This document shows, piece by piece, positions 10,197 to 18,018 of a stretch of DNA of 64,000 nucleotides. Made by a program: the position numbers and the translations under genes. The stretch is from Clostridia bacterium (lineage in GTDB: Bacteria; Bacillota; Clostridia; Oscillospirales; CAG-272). Numbering within the stretch: the first letter of the stretch is position 1; every line of letters starts with the position of its first letter. A model generated the notes under the pieces. That model was given only the letters and a program-made list of their open reading frames with translations, made no database searches and was not told the DNA's origin. Location: positions 16,704 through 80,703 of the forward strand of contig JAFSRI010000045.1 of NCBI GenBank assembly GCA_017446155.1. Direction: 5' to 3'.

Positions 10197-11387
10197 TTAT
10201 TTGCTCCTGCGGAAAAGCTCCGCCAATTCTTTCTTGTCAAGACCGGTGCCTATAACGCACAGTTTACCTATTACATCAGCCGAACCGCGACGAATATCCT
10301 TTTCGCCGGGAACATAGTCGAAATGTATCCAACTGCCGTCATCGCAAGGAATAATACCCTTTGCGCGGAGTATCATGCCGAAACGCCCCGTGATAAGCTC
10401 ATCGAGGCAGTCCTCGACAAATTCTTCCGTGAATTTATCGGACGTTTCAACGCCCCAGCTTGAAAACACTTCGTCGGCGTCGTGATCATGGTGATGATGC
10501 TCATGCTCGTCATCGTCGTCATCATGATGGTGGTGGCACTCGCAGTCCGGATCGTCGCATTCTTCATCGTCGTGGTGGTGATGGTGCTCATGCTCGTCAT
10601 CGTCATCGTCGTCATGGTGGTGGTGATGGTGCTCATGCTCGTCATCGTCATCGTCGTCGTCATGATGGTGGTGGCACTCGCAGTCCGGATCGTCGCATTC
10701 TTCATCGTCGTGGTGGTGATGGTGATGATGATGCTCGCTCGCCTCTTTTTTCTTCTGCTCTTCAAGCAGATGTTCAAGCTCGGCTTCAAGTGTGTTCTTC
10801 TTTTCCATCGTTTCAAGGATCGTCTTTCCGTCGATGTCGTCCCACGGGGTTGTAATAAGAGAAGCTGTGGTGTTTATTTCTCTTACGATGTTCACCGCGT
10901 CGTCAAGCTTATCCTGACGGATACCGTCTGTGTGCGAAAAAACGACAGACGACGCAAATTCTATCTGGTTGCGATAAAATTCCGCGAAGTTTTTCATATA
11001 CATCTTGCATTTCGATGCGTCGATAACGGTAGTAAAGGCGTTCAGCTCCATGTCGGCTATATTCGCGTCTTGAACGGCTCTTATAACGTCGCTCAGTTTT
11101 CCTACGCCCGAAGGCTCGATAACTATTCTGTCGGGGTTGTAATCCGCCTTTACTTTCGCCAGCGCTTTGCCGAAGTCACCCACAAGACTGCAACAAATGC
11201 AGCCGGAGTTCATCTCGGTTATTTGTATTCCCGCTTCTTTGAGAAAACCGCCGTCAATACCTATCTTGCCGAATTCGTTTTCAATAACGACGACCTGCTC
11301 GCCTCTGTACGCTTCTTTTATTAGTTTCTTTATAAGTGTCGTCTTACCGGCACCCAAGAATCCCGAAAATATATCAACCTTTGTCAT
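10197..11387 (-). CDS. CobW/COG0523-type G3E GTPase metallochaperone with a giant His/Asp/Cys-rich insertion
   Basis: 396-aa ORF with a GGAGGT RBS. It has Walker A GFLGAGKTT, the canonical metal-binding GCICCSL (CxCC), and EPSGVG. A CobW_C-like C-terminus is present (GMILRAKGIIPCDDGSWIHFDYV). The two domains are separated by a roughly 90-residue H/D/E/C tract. Confidence 0.85.
   Translation of the reverse strand: MTKVDIFSGFLGAGKTTLIKKLIKEAYRGEQVVVIENEFGKIGIDGGFLKEAGIQITEMNSGCICCSLVGDFGKALAKVKADYNPDRIVIEPSGVGKLSDVIRAVQDANIADMELNAFTTVIDASKCKMYMKNFAEFYRNQIEFASSVVFSHTDGIRQDKLDDAVNIVREINTTASLITTPWDDIDGKTILETMEKKNTLEAELEHLLEEQKKKEASEHHHHHHHHDDEECDDPDCECHHHHDDDDDDDEHEHHHHHHDDDDDDEHEHHHHHDDEECDDPDCECHHHHDDDDDEHEHHHHDHDADEVFSSWGVETSDKFTEEFVEDCLDELITGRFGMILRAKGIIPCDDGSWIHFDYVPGEKDIRRGSADVIGKLCVIGTGLDKKELAELFRRSK
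10470..10745 (-). repeat. Nested perfect in-frame tandem duplications encoding the His/Asp/Cys tract
   Basis: A 64-nt unit is identical at 10523-10586 and 10661-10724 (offset 138 nt, 46 codons). A 40-nt unit is identical at 10574-10613 and 10619-10658 (offset 45 nt, 15 codons). Both were read directly from the sequence. Confidence 0.9.
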
Positions 11388-11541
11388 ATAATACCTCCGT
11401 TAAGGTTTAAACATTTTTGTCCAATTAAATATAATTACACAAATTAAGGTAAAAATCAATATGAAAAGTGTTAATTTTTTATTATTTCTCCCTTTAAAAC
11501 CACATATAAACTGTTTTTTAAGATTATCTCACAAAATATAA

Positions 11542-11955
11542 TCACTCGACGTCGCCCGACCAAGTTATTATTCCTCCGAACTCATAAACGTTCGTGTAGC
11601 CGCCCGCCGCCAGCTTTGCCGCCGCTTCCTTGCTTCTCCGCCCGCTTCGGCAGTAAACAAGTATCGTTGCGTTTTTATCGGGCAACAACTCTATTTCACC
11701 TGAGCCTATCGTTTCGTTCGGAATACATATCGCACCCTTTATGTGTCCGCTGTCATACTCGCTTTGAGTTCTCACGTCAACGATAATATACCCCGTCTTT
11801 TCTTTCATTATTTTCATTGCCTCGTGCTGCGAGATCATATAATATCCGTCGGTGTTTTTTTCATATTCCATAGCCGCGCCGCCGCACGAAACAAGCATTA
11901 TCATCAAAACCGAAGCCGTCATTACCGCCGCTATTGCATTCAAAAATTTTTTCAT
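11542..11955 (-). CDS. Rhodanese-domain lipoprotein (sulfurtransferase-like)
   Basis: 137-aa ORF with lipobox signal peptide MKKFLNAIAAVMTASVLMIMLVSCGG. It has the rhodanese fold motifs IIVDVRT..EY..GHI.GA and the active-site loop CRSGRRS. Confidence 0.75.
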   Translation of the reverse strand: MKKFLNAIAAVMTASVLMIMLVSCGGAAMEYEKNTDGYYMISQHEAMKIMKEKTGYIIVDVRTQSEYDSGHIKGAICIPNETIGSGEIELLPDKNATILVYCRSGRRSKEAAAKLAAGGYTNVYEFGGIITWSGDVE

Positions 11956-11979
11956 ATCCGTTTTTCTCTTTTTTTCCCG

Positions 11980-12417
11980 TCAATCGTCGGCTTTTTCGCC
12001 GCTTTTCACAATTTCCACTCCATAAATATCGTCGATATATATTTTATCTCCACCGCGCATGGCTATCGTTCGCTCTATCTCGTCGACATATTTTATCCTG
12101 CCTGAAACGGTGATATATTTCCCGCCGGATTTCTTTTCGTCCGCGCTGAAATATACTATGTTTACCTCGGGGTTTACCTCGGGGTCTTCTTCGAGATTAT
12201 CGTATATTTTCTGCAATTTTCGCTCTATCGCCTCTCTGTATTCGTCGCTCAATTCCACCCTTTCGTCAGTCAGCCGTGCCGTCTCAGAGATAATATCCTC
12301 ATATCCGGTCAGCGCCGCAAACGGCGAAAACTGTGCCGCGCGCTCGTAATTTGACATATGCTTGCGCCTGCTTGACACATGATGAGGCAACTGTATTATA
12401 TCGTCATACTTTCCCAT
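11980..12417 (-). CDS. YolD-like protein (accessory partner of Y-family polymerases)
   Basis: 145-aa ORF that overlaps the polymerase stop by 14 nt. The motif ERAAQFSPFAALTGYE matches my memory of the YolD-like family. Its position directly downstream of a UmuC-like gene fits the yqjW-yqjX and uvrX-yolD arrangement. Confidence 0.6.
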   Translation of the reverse strand: MGKYDDIIQLPHHVSSRRKHMSNYERAAQFSPFAALTGYEDIISETARLTDERVELSDEYREAIERKLQKIYDNLEEDPEVNPEVNIVYFSADEKKSGGKYITVSGRIKYVDEIERTIAMRGGDKIYIDDIYGVEIVKSGEKADD

Positions 12418-13933
12418 CGCCCGCTTTATGCCCGCCGATCTGTCCGTTCCGGTCGCGCATTGTCGCTCCTTCCATAAAATTCGTTCCGCGAAGTATCGCG
12501 TTCTTGCCGTATCTGTGCTTAATACTTATAACAGCGTCCTGCAAGCGTCGCTCCTCTTTCTTTGCCGCTTCCGCCGTTTCTTCCCTGCGTTTCAGTTCCT
12601 CATAATCGGTGAACAGATCCGTCTGTTCATATTCCCGATTTTTTTGCGTCATGCTTTCGGGTATAACGTGATTTGCCACAACATACATTCGTCGCACAAG
12701 CAGTCCGCGGTCAACTATCCTGTCGTAAAGCTCCATAACCTTTTCGGTTATCAGTTTTGTAGACGAGGTCGCCTCGCCGAGGTTTATCGAACCGTGCGCC
12801 TCTTTGGGAACGTTTCGCCCGTATCTGTCGGTTTTAATTTCCCCGACATATGTGCTGCCCGCCGCAAGACTTTCAACGTCGTATCCCACAGTCAACACCA
12901 TTTGATCCGTCACGAGTTTCTTTTCTACAAGATCAAGCACGAGCGAATCGGTCATTTCCCACACTATAAGCCTGCCGCGGTCGAAATTATACGCATACGG
13001 CAACACCTGCCCCAAACTCAAACTGTTGTTTTCGGGCCTGTACGATTTTATATCGGCTATCGTGCATGGCTCCCAGCCCCACGCGTGATCTATCAAAAGT
13101 TCTGCGTTCACACCGAACAACTTATACAGCAACGCTTCGTTGAATCGACCGTTCTCATCGCCCACCGAGCATCGCGCCACGTCGCCCATGGTATACATGC
13201 CATACTCTTCGAGCTTTTTCGCATATCCGTGCCCTACGCGCCAAAAGTCGGTTATGGGCTTATGATCCCACAACTGCCGCCTATACGTCATCTCGTCAAG
13301 TTCCGCAATTCTTACCCCGTCTTTGTCGGCAGGAATGTGCTTTGCAACAATGTCCATCGCAATTTTGCATAGATACATATTGCTCCCTATCCCCGCTGTC
13401 GCGGTAATGCCCGTCTGTTCAAGCACATCGCGTATCATTTTTATCGCAAACTGCCGCGCCGTCATTTTATTTGCCCGCAGATATTGCGTAGCGTCGATAA
13501 ACACCTCGTCGACCGAGTAAACATGCATATCCTCCGGCGCCACGTATTTCATGTATATACCGAAGATCTCGGCGCTTTTTTCCATATATTTCGCCATTTG
13601 CGGCGGAGCTGTGATATAATCTACTTCCAGTGAAATATCACGTGACAGCGCTATCGCGTCAAAAGATTTTCCGGTAAATTCGCCGCCTTTGATTTTTGAC
13701 TTTCGTGCGGCGTTTATCTGCTTTACTTTCTGCACAACTTCAAACAGTCTTGGTCGACCGGGAATGCCGTATCTTTTAAGCGACGGCGACACTGCAAGGC
13801 AAATTGTTTTTTCCGTTCGACTTCTGTCCGCCACGACAAGATTCGTCGTCATCGGGTCAAGATTTCTTTCGCGGCATTCAACCGACGCATAGAATGATTT
13901 TAAATCTATCGCTATATATGTTTTCCCTTCCAC
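12404..13933 (-). CDS. Y-family (UmuC/DinB-like) translesion DNA polymerase
   Basis: The N-terminus has IAIDLKSFYASVECRERNLDP (catalytic Asp/Glu motif), and SVDEVFID follows later. I prefer the GTG start at 13933, 9 nt after AGGAGG (13948-13943). The track ATG at 13957 has no RBS and lies inside the LexA box. Confidence 0.85.
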   Translation of the reverse strand: MEGKTYIAIDLKSFYASVECRERNLDPMTTNLVVADRSRTEKTICLAVSPSLKRYGIPGRPRLFEVVQKVKQINAARKSKIKGGEFTGKSFDAIALSRDISLEVDYITAPPQMAKYMEKSAEIFGIYMKYVAPEDMHVYSVDEVFIDATQYLRANKMTARQFAIKMIRDVLEQTGITATAGIGSNMYLCKIAMDIVAKHIPADKDGVRIAELDEMTYRRQLWDHKPITDFWRVGHGYAKKLEEYGMYTMGDVARCSVGDENGRFNEALLYKLFGVNAELLIDHAWGWEPCTIADIKSYRPENNSLSLGQVLPYAYNFDRGRLIVWEMTDSLVLDLVEKKLVTDQMVLTVGYDVESLAAGSTYVGEIKTDRYGRNVPKEAHGSINLGEATSSTKLITEKVMELYDRIVDRGLLVRRMYVVANHVIPESMTQKNREYEQTDLFTDYEELKRREETAEAAKKEERRLQDAVISIKHRYGKNAILRGTNFMEGATMRDRNGQIGGHKAGDGKV

Positions 13934-13950
13934 TATCGTGCGCCTCCTGT

Positions 13951-13964
13951 CGAACATTTGTTTG
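13951..13964 (-). promoter_or_regulatory. Candidate LexA (Cheo/SOS) box
   Basis: CGAACATTTGTTTG compared with the Firmicute consensus CGAAC-N4-GTTCG has one core mismatch. It sits 5 nt downstream of the -10 element, covering the predicted transcription start of the polymerase operon. Confidence 0.55.
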
Positions 13965-13969
13965 AATAT

Positions 13970-13998
13970 ATTTTATCAAATATCACGCGCTTTGTCAA
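13970..13998 (-). promoter_or_regulatory. SigmaA-type promoter of the polymerase-yolD operon
   Basis: On the minus strand it reads TTGACA (13998-13993), a 17-nt spacer, then TAAAAT (13975-13970). Confidence 0.6.
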
Positions 13999-14116
13999 GC
14001 GGTATTAGGCAAGCCGCCTGAAACTCCCGCAATTCCCGGAATATTATCTGAAAATCCCGGCGAATAAAAATGCTTTTTTGCTTTGTGTATTTTTACGACT
14101 TCATGATAATCACCAC

Positions 14117-14144
14117 TTGATTTTACGCCGAAATGCTGTATAAT
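14117..14144 (+). promoter_or_regulatory. SigmaA-type promoter of the mmcQ/yjbR-like gene
   Basis: TTGATT (14117-14122), a 16-nt spacer, then TATAAT (14139-14144). Confidence 0.5.
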
Positions 14145-14163
14145 AAATATCGTAATTGAAAGT

Positions 14164-14181
14164 TTTTTCGACGTCGAAAAA
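14164..14181. repeat. Perfect 18-bp palindrome in the leader of the mmcQ/yjbR-like gene
   Basis: TTTTTCGACGTCGAAAAA is identical to its reverse complement. It lies about 20 nt downstream of the predicted -10 element. Confidence 0.8.
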
Positions 14182-14280
14182 CGCGGATTTTTTGACGGAT
14201 CGATTTAACGAAAAATATTCTTGCGAAAAGTTTTCATACGAAAGCACAAAGAGACAAAGATAAAAAGAGGATTCGATTAA

Positions 14281-15000
14281 ATGAGTTTGGAAAGCGACGT
14301 ATTCACCCGCAAAAGCCCGAAGTTTGAAACACTTGCTCCGTTCGGATTTAAATTTGACGGAGAAAAATACACATACGGCGAAGAGATAATGGGCGGTGAG
14401 TTTCGCGCCGATATATCGATAGACAAAAGCGGAACCGTCACGGGCAAAGTCACCGATATTGCGGCGGACGAGGAATATCTGCCGCTTCATATCGAAGCGC
14501 GCGTCGGAGCATTTGTAGGCGAAGTAAGAAAAGCGTATTCAAAGATACTTGAACGCATTTGCGCCGCCTGTTTTGAGGACAGTGAGTTTTCATTCCCTCA
14601 GTCAAACAGGATAGCGAGATTCATTTTTGAAGCATACGACGAAAAACCCGACTATCCGTTTGAAACGTTAAAAGAAGCGGCGGTGTTCAGGTATCCGAAT
14701 AACAGAAAATGGTATGCGCTGATCATGCCCGTAAAGCGAAACAGCGCAACAAAAGAGAAAAGCGACGACGAAGAAAAAATACCGGTGGTCGATGTGATGA
14801 ACGTAAAAGCGGGTGAGGATTTAACCCCCGAAGCACTGAAAACACCCGGGATATATCCGGCATATCACATGAATCATAAAAGCTGGGTGAGTATAATACT
14901 CGACGGCACCGTACCGGACGAAAAAATAATGGAATTGATAAACGTCAGCCGCGAATTTGCAATAAACGCAGGCAGATCGCGCAAGAAAATCGACAAATGA
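14281..15000 (+). CDS. MmcQ/YjbR family DNA-binding protein with an N-terminal extension
   Basis: 239-aa ORF with an AGAGGA RBS. The C-terminal part (FRYPNNRKWYALIMPV, VMNVK, PAYHMNHKSWVSIILDG) matches my memory of the YjbR/MmcQ fold family. Confidence 0.6.
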   Translation: MSLESDVFTRKSPKFETLAPFGFKFDGEKYTYGEEIMGGEFRADISIDKSGTVTGKVTDIAADEEYLPLHIEARVGAFVGEVRKAYSKILERICAACFEDSEFSFPQSNRIARFIFEAYDEKPDYPFETLKEAAVFRYPNNRKWYALIMPVKRNSATKEKSDDEEKIPVVDVMNVKAGEDLTPEALKTPGIYPAYHMNHKSWVSIILDGTVPDEKIMELINVSREFAINAGRSRKKIDK

Positions 15001-15186
15001 TCATTAACCAAAAAGCTTGCACGGTTAAAGAAAACTCAAATAATACGACGTGTTCCGATCGAACCGAAAACGGCTTTTCAGCACAAATAAAGCGATCGAA
15101 CAATAGAAAAATATCCTTAACCGTGATTTAATTTGCCCTTATACACGGCTTATTCGAGCCGGACGATTGAAAGGAGCCCCGCAGCC

Positions 15187-17946
15187 ATGACAGACAACTC
15201 AATATACGATTTCCCGCTCAAACTGAAATACACCGAGCCCGCCATTCATGATAAAGAGGGAATATTTGAAAATCTGGGCGACAGCATGAACAGCAGTCCG
15301 TCGAAGATAGAAAAAAACGCAAACGACGATTGGGAGCGTTGGTCGTTGCCGATCGGTAACGGATATTTCGGGGTGAACGTTTTCGGAAGAACAGAAATTG
15401 AAAAATTTACCGTTGCGGAAAAAACGATCGGCACGGCATATCTGAAATCGGATAATCACCTCTGCGGCGGGCTGAATACGTTTGCGGAGCTTTATATAGA
15501 CTTGTTTCACAAATATGAAAAGGTGACCGACTATGAGCGAGGGCTTGATCTCAAAACAGCGACAGCTTATGTAAAATACAAATACGACGGCGTAACTTTT
15601 ACACGCGAATGTTTTACTTCATATCCGGACCGCGCTCTTGTGATACGACTCGACGCTTCAAAAGAAGGCGCGCTTGATTTCACCTTCCGTCCCGTAGTCC
15701 CGTGGAAACAAGCCTATATGACGCACGAAGGCGATCGATGCAAAAAAACAGGCAAGGTAGTTTCGTGGATCGAAGAAAGCGCAGGTTGTATCGAACTTTC
15801 CGGAAATTACGAATATTACGGCACGGACTTCTGCGGGCTGTTCCGCATATATACAAACGGTGGCACGGTAACCGCTGCGACAGCCGTAGACGCCGCGGGA
15901 GACGACGAGGGTACTATCGTAGTAAAGGGGGCGACGTCAGCGTACATAATCCTTACACTTGACACCGACTATGAACTCGAAAGCGAAGTTTTCACCTCCC
16001 CTGCCACTGAAAAACCGACAGAATTCAGAGATTACGCCTACGCACGCAGAAAAGTGAGCGAGTATCTTGAAAAAATACTGAAAAAGCTATCATCTGAAAG
16101 TTTTGAAGAAGGCTATGCGACGCTGAAAGCCGAACACTTAAAAGATTATTCTTCGCTTTTCGACAATGTCCGCGCGGCGCTTGATTTTGACCGCGCAGAC
16201 CTGACGAAACCGACCGACCATCTGCTTGAAGAATATAAAAACGGTAAACTCAGTCGATACCTTGAACTTCTCTATTTTCAATACGGCAGGTATCTGCTAA
16301 TAGCCTCATCACGAAAAAATACATTGCCCGCACATCTTCAAGGCGCGTGGAATAAATATCGTCAGCCGCTGTGGATATCAGGCTATCATCATAATATAAA
16401 TGTTCAGATGAACTATTGGCCCGCGTTTTCGACAAACATCGCCGAAACGTTTGAAGCATATGTAGCGTTCAATCGTGCATATATGGCGGCGACGAAAAGT
16501 TATGCGGACGAATACGTCGAAAAATTTAACCCTTCTGTTTTCGGAAAAGACGGCGGCAACGGCTGGTGCATCGGCATAAGCAGCGGTCCGAACAAAGTGT
16601 CAGGGGACAGATCCGCCGGAAACGTCGGCTTTACAACGCAGCTTTTCTGGGAATATTACAGTTTCACACAAGATAAAGAACTGCTCAAAACCACCGTTTT
16701 CCCTCTGCTTGCGGACGCGGCAAGATATATAACGAAATGCGTAAAAGACGATGGAGAGGGGCATTTTCTCGTCGAATACTGCGACTCGCCGGAACAATAT
16801 GTAGACGGCGTATGGTATTACACAACAGGTACCACATACGCGCAAACATTTGCTTATTTGAATAACTATAATACGCTTCGCGCCGCAAAGGAACTCGGAA
16901 TAAATCTCGATGACGCTTCGCTTCTATCTACCGAAGAATACTCGATACTTAAAACCGTGATTGAGCAAATTGATAAATACGATCCGATAATCGTCGGACT
17001 ATCCGGACAGATAAAAGAATTCCGTCAGGAAAAGTATTACGGCGATCTCGGTGAATACACGCACAGACACATATCAAACCTCGTCGGGCTTTATCCCGGC
17101 GACCTGATAACCGCCGAGACGCCCGCGTGGCTCGACGCAGCGATCGTAACACTTACCGAACGCGGCGACAAGGCAACCGGTTGGGGTGTGGCGCACAGGC
17201 TCAACCTTTGGGCAAGGACAAAAAACGGCGACAGAACATATCTGCTTCTTCAACAGTTGCTCAACCGCAATACCGCGCCTAACCTATGGGATCTTCATCC
17301 GCCGTTTCAGATCGACGGCAACCTCGGCGGCACCGCCGGAATTGCGGAAATGCTTTTGCAAAGCCACGAAAACTACATCGAGCCGATACCTGCAATACCG
17401 CGGCAATGGTTCGACGGATCGTTTGACGGACTCCTTGCGCGAGGAAATTTCACGGTGGGTGCAACATGGAAAAACGGATGCTTAACCGAGGTAAGGGTAA
17501 AATCCGGCAGTGGCAAAAAAGCCCGGATAAAATGCCGGAATACGATCGGCGTCACCGTCACCGACGAGAACGGTAAAACCGTTGACTGCAAAACCGAAAA
17601 CGGTGTGCTCGTCTTTGATACCGTTGCCGGAAAAGCCTATATACTTTCGGAATTTTCTCGGTTTGTAAAACCGGACAGCGTAACAGCGTTAAGCCTAAAA
17701 GCATTAAACGAACGGGAGATAGAACTCAGCTGGAAAAACGCCTCGCCTAACGCGTCGTTTAACGTTTATAAAGCGGTTGAAAGCGAGCCTCGATATACGC
17801 TCGTCGACAGAACCGAAAAAACATGTTTTTTATACCGACTCACATCCGAAGAACTCGAAAAACGCATTACTTTCGCCGTGACGGCGATCGGTCAGGATAT
17901 GGCGGAATCGTCGCGTACAACGGCGTATTATATCGGAAAAAAATAA
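15187..17946 (+). CDS. GH95 alpha-L-fucosidase (alpha-1,2-fucosidase family) with a C-terminal Fn3-like domain
   Basis: I moved the start to the ATG at 15187, which follows AAAGGAG. The track start at 15133 is a TTG. Family-typical segments are WSLPIGNGYFGVNVFG, GYHHNINVQMNYWP, GWGVAHRLNLWAR and FQIDGNLGGTAGIAEML. No signal peptide. Confidence 0.85.
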   Translation: MTDNSIYDFPLKLKYTEPAIHDKEGIFENLGDSMNSSPSKIEKNANDDWERWSLPIGNGYFGVNVFGRTEIEKFTVAEKTIGTAYLKSDNHLCGGLNTFAELYIDLFHKYEKVTDYERGLDLKTATAYVKYKYDGVTFTRECFTSYPDRALVIRLDASKEGALDFTFRPVVPWKQAYMTHEGDRCKKTGKVVSWIEESAGCIELSGNYEYYGTDFCGLFRIYTNGGTVTAATAVDAAGDDEGTIVVKGATSAYIILTLDTDYELESEVFTSPATEKPTEFRDYAYARRKVSEYLEKILKKLSSESFEEGYATLKAEHLKDYSSLFDNVRAALDFDRADLTKPTDHLLEEYKNGKLSRYLELLYFQYGRYLLIASSRKNTLPAHLQGAWNKYRQPLWISGYHHNINVQMNYWPAFSTNIAETFEAYVAFNRAYMAATKSYADEYVEKFNPSVFGKDGGNGWCIGISSGPNKVSGDRSAGNVGFTTQLFWEYYSFTQDKELLKTTVFPLLADAARYITKCVKDDGEGHFLVEYCDSPEQYVDGVWYYTTGTTYAQTFAYLNNYNTLRAAKELGINLDDASLLSTEEYSILKTVIEQIDKYDPIIVGLSGQIKEFRQEKYYGDLGEYTHRHISNLVGLYPGDLITAETPAWLDAAIVTLTERGDKATGWGVAHRLNLWARTKNGDRTYLLLQQLLNRNTAPNLWDLHPPFQIDGNLGGTAGIAEMLLQSHENYIEPIPAIPRQWFDGSFDGLLARGNFTVGATWKNGCLTEVRVKSGSGKKARIKCRNTIGVTVTDENGKTVDCKTENGVLVFDTVAGKAYILSEFSRFVKPDSVTALSLKALNEREIELSWKNASPNASFNVYKAVESEPRYTLVDRTEKTCFLYRLTSEELEKRITFAVTAIGQDMAESSRTTAYYIGKK

Positions 17947-18018
17947 AATCGCCGAGCGCCAACGGAAACTTTCGGAAAAACATTTTAAAAAACATAACAA
18001 ATATAACAGAGGTGAAAA

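Noticed and set aside
10470-10745. Possible CRISPR-like or satellite repeat array.
   Set aside because: The repeats are in frame inside a coding sequence. There are no unique spacers and no cas genes. This is a protein-level low-complexity duplication.
10373-11324. Long ORFs on the opposite strand and in alternate frames over the CobW-type gene. They include a 280-aa hydrophobic MIMVMMLMLV... ORF, a 147-aa T/M-rich ORF and a 131-aa R/H/G-rich ORF.
   Set aside because: They are mirror or frame-shifted readings of the His/Asp codon repeats (CAT/CAC/GAT/GAC). They lack an RBS and overlap a gene with clear G3E motifs.
11388-11541. Zur box upstream of the G3E GTPase pair.
   Set aside because: There are only AT-rich partial palindromes (for example TAATTATATTTAATT). 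Nothing resembles the TCGTAAT-N-ATTACGA-type core I remember. I cannot claim zinc regulation from sequence.
15133-15186. Track-listed upstream starts for several genes: 15133, 20124, 21874, 23466, 42916, 49807, 50853, 51012, 54433, 60666 and 10240.
   Set aside because: Each has an in-frame downstream ATG preceded by a strong AGGAGG-type RBS and a sensible N-terminus. The upstream extensions are AT-rich or overlap neighbouring genes or terminators.
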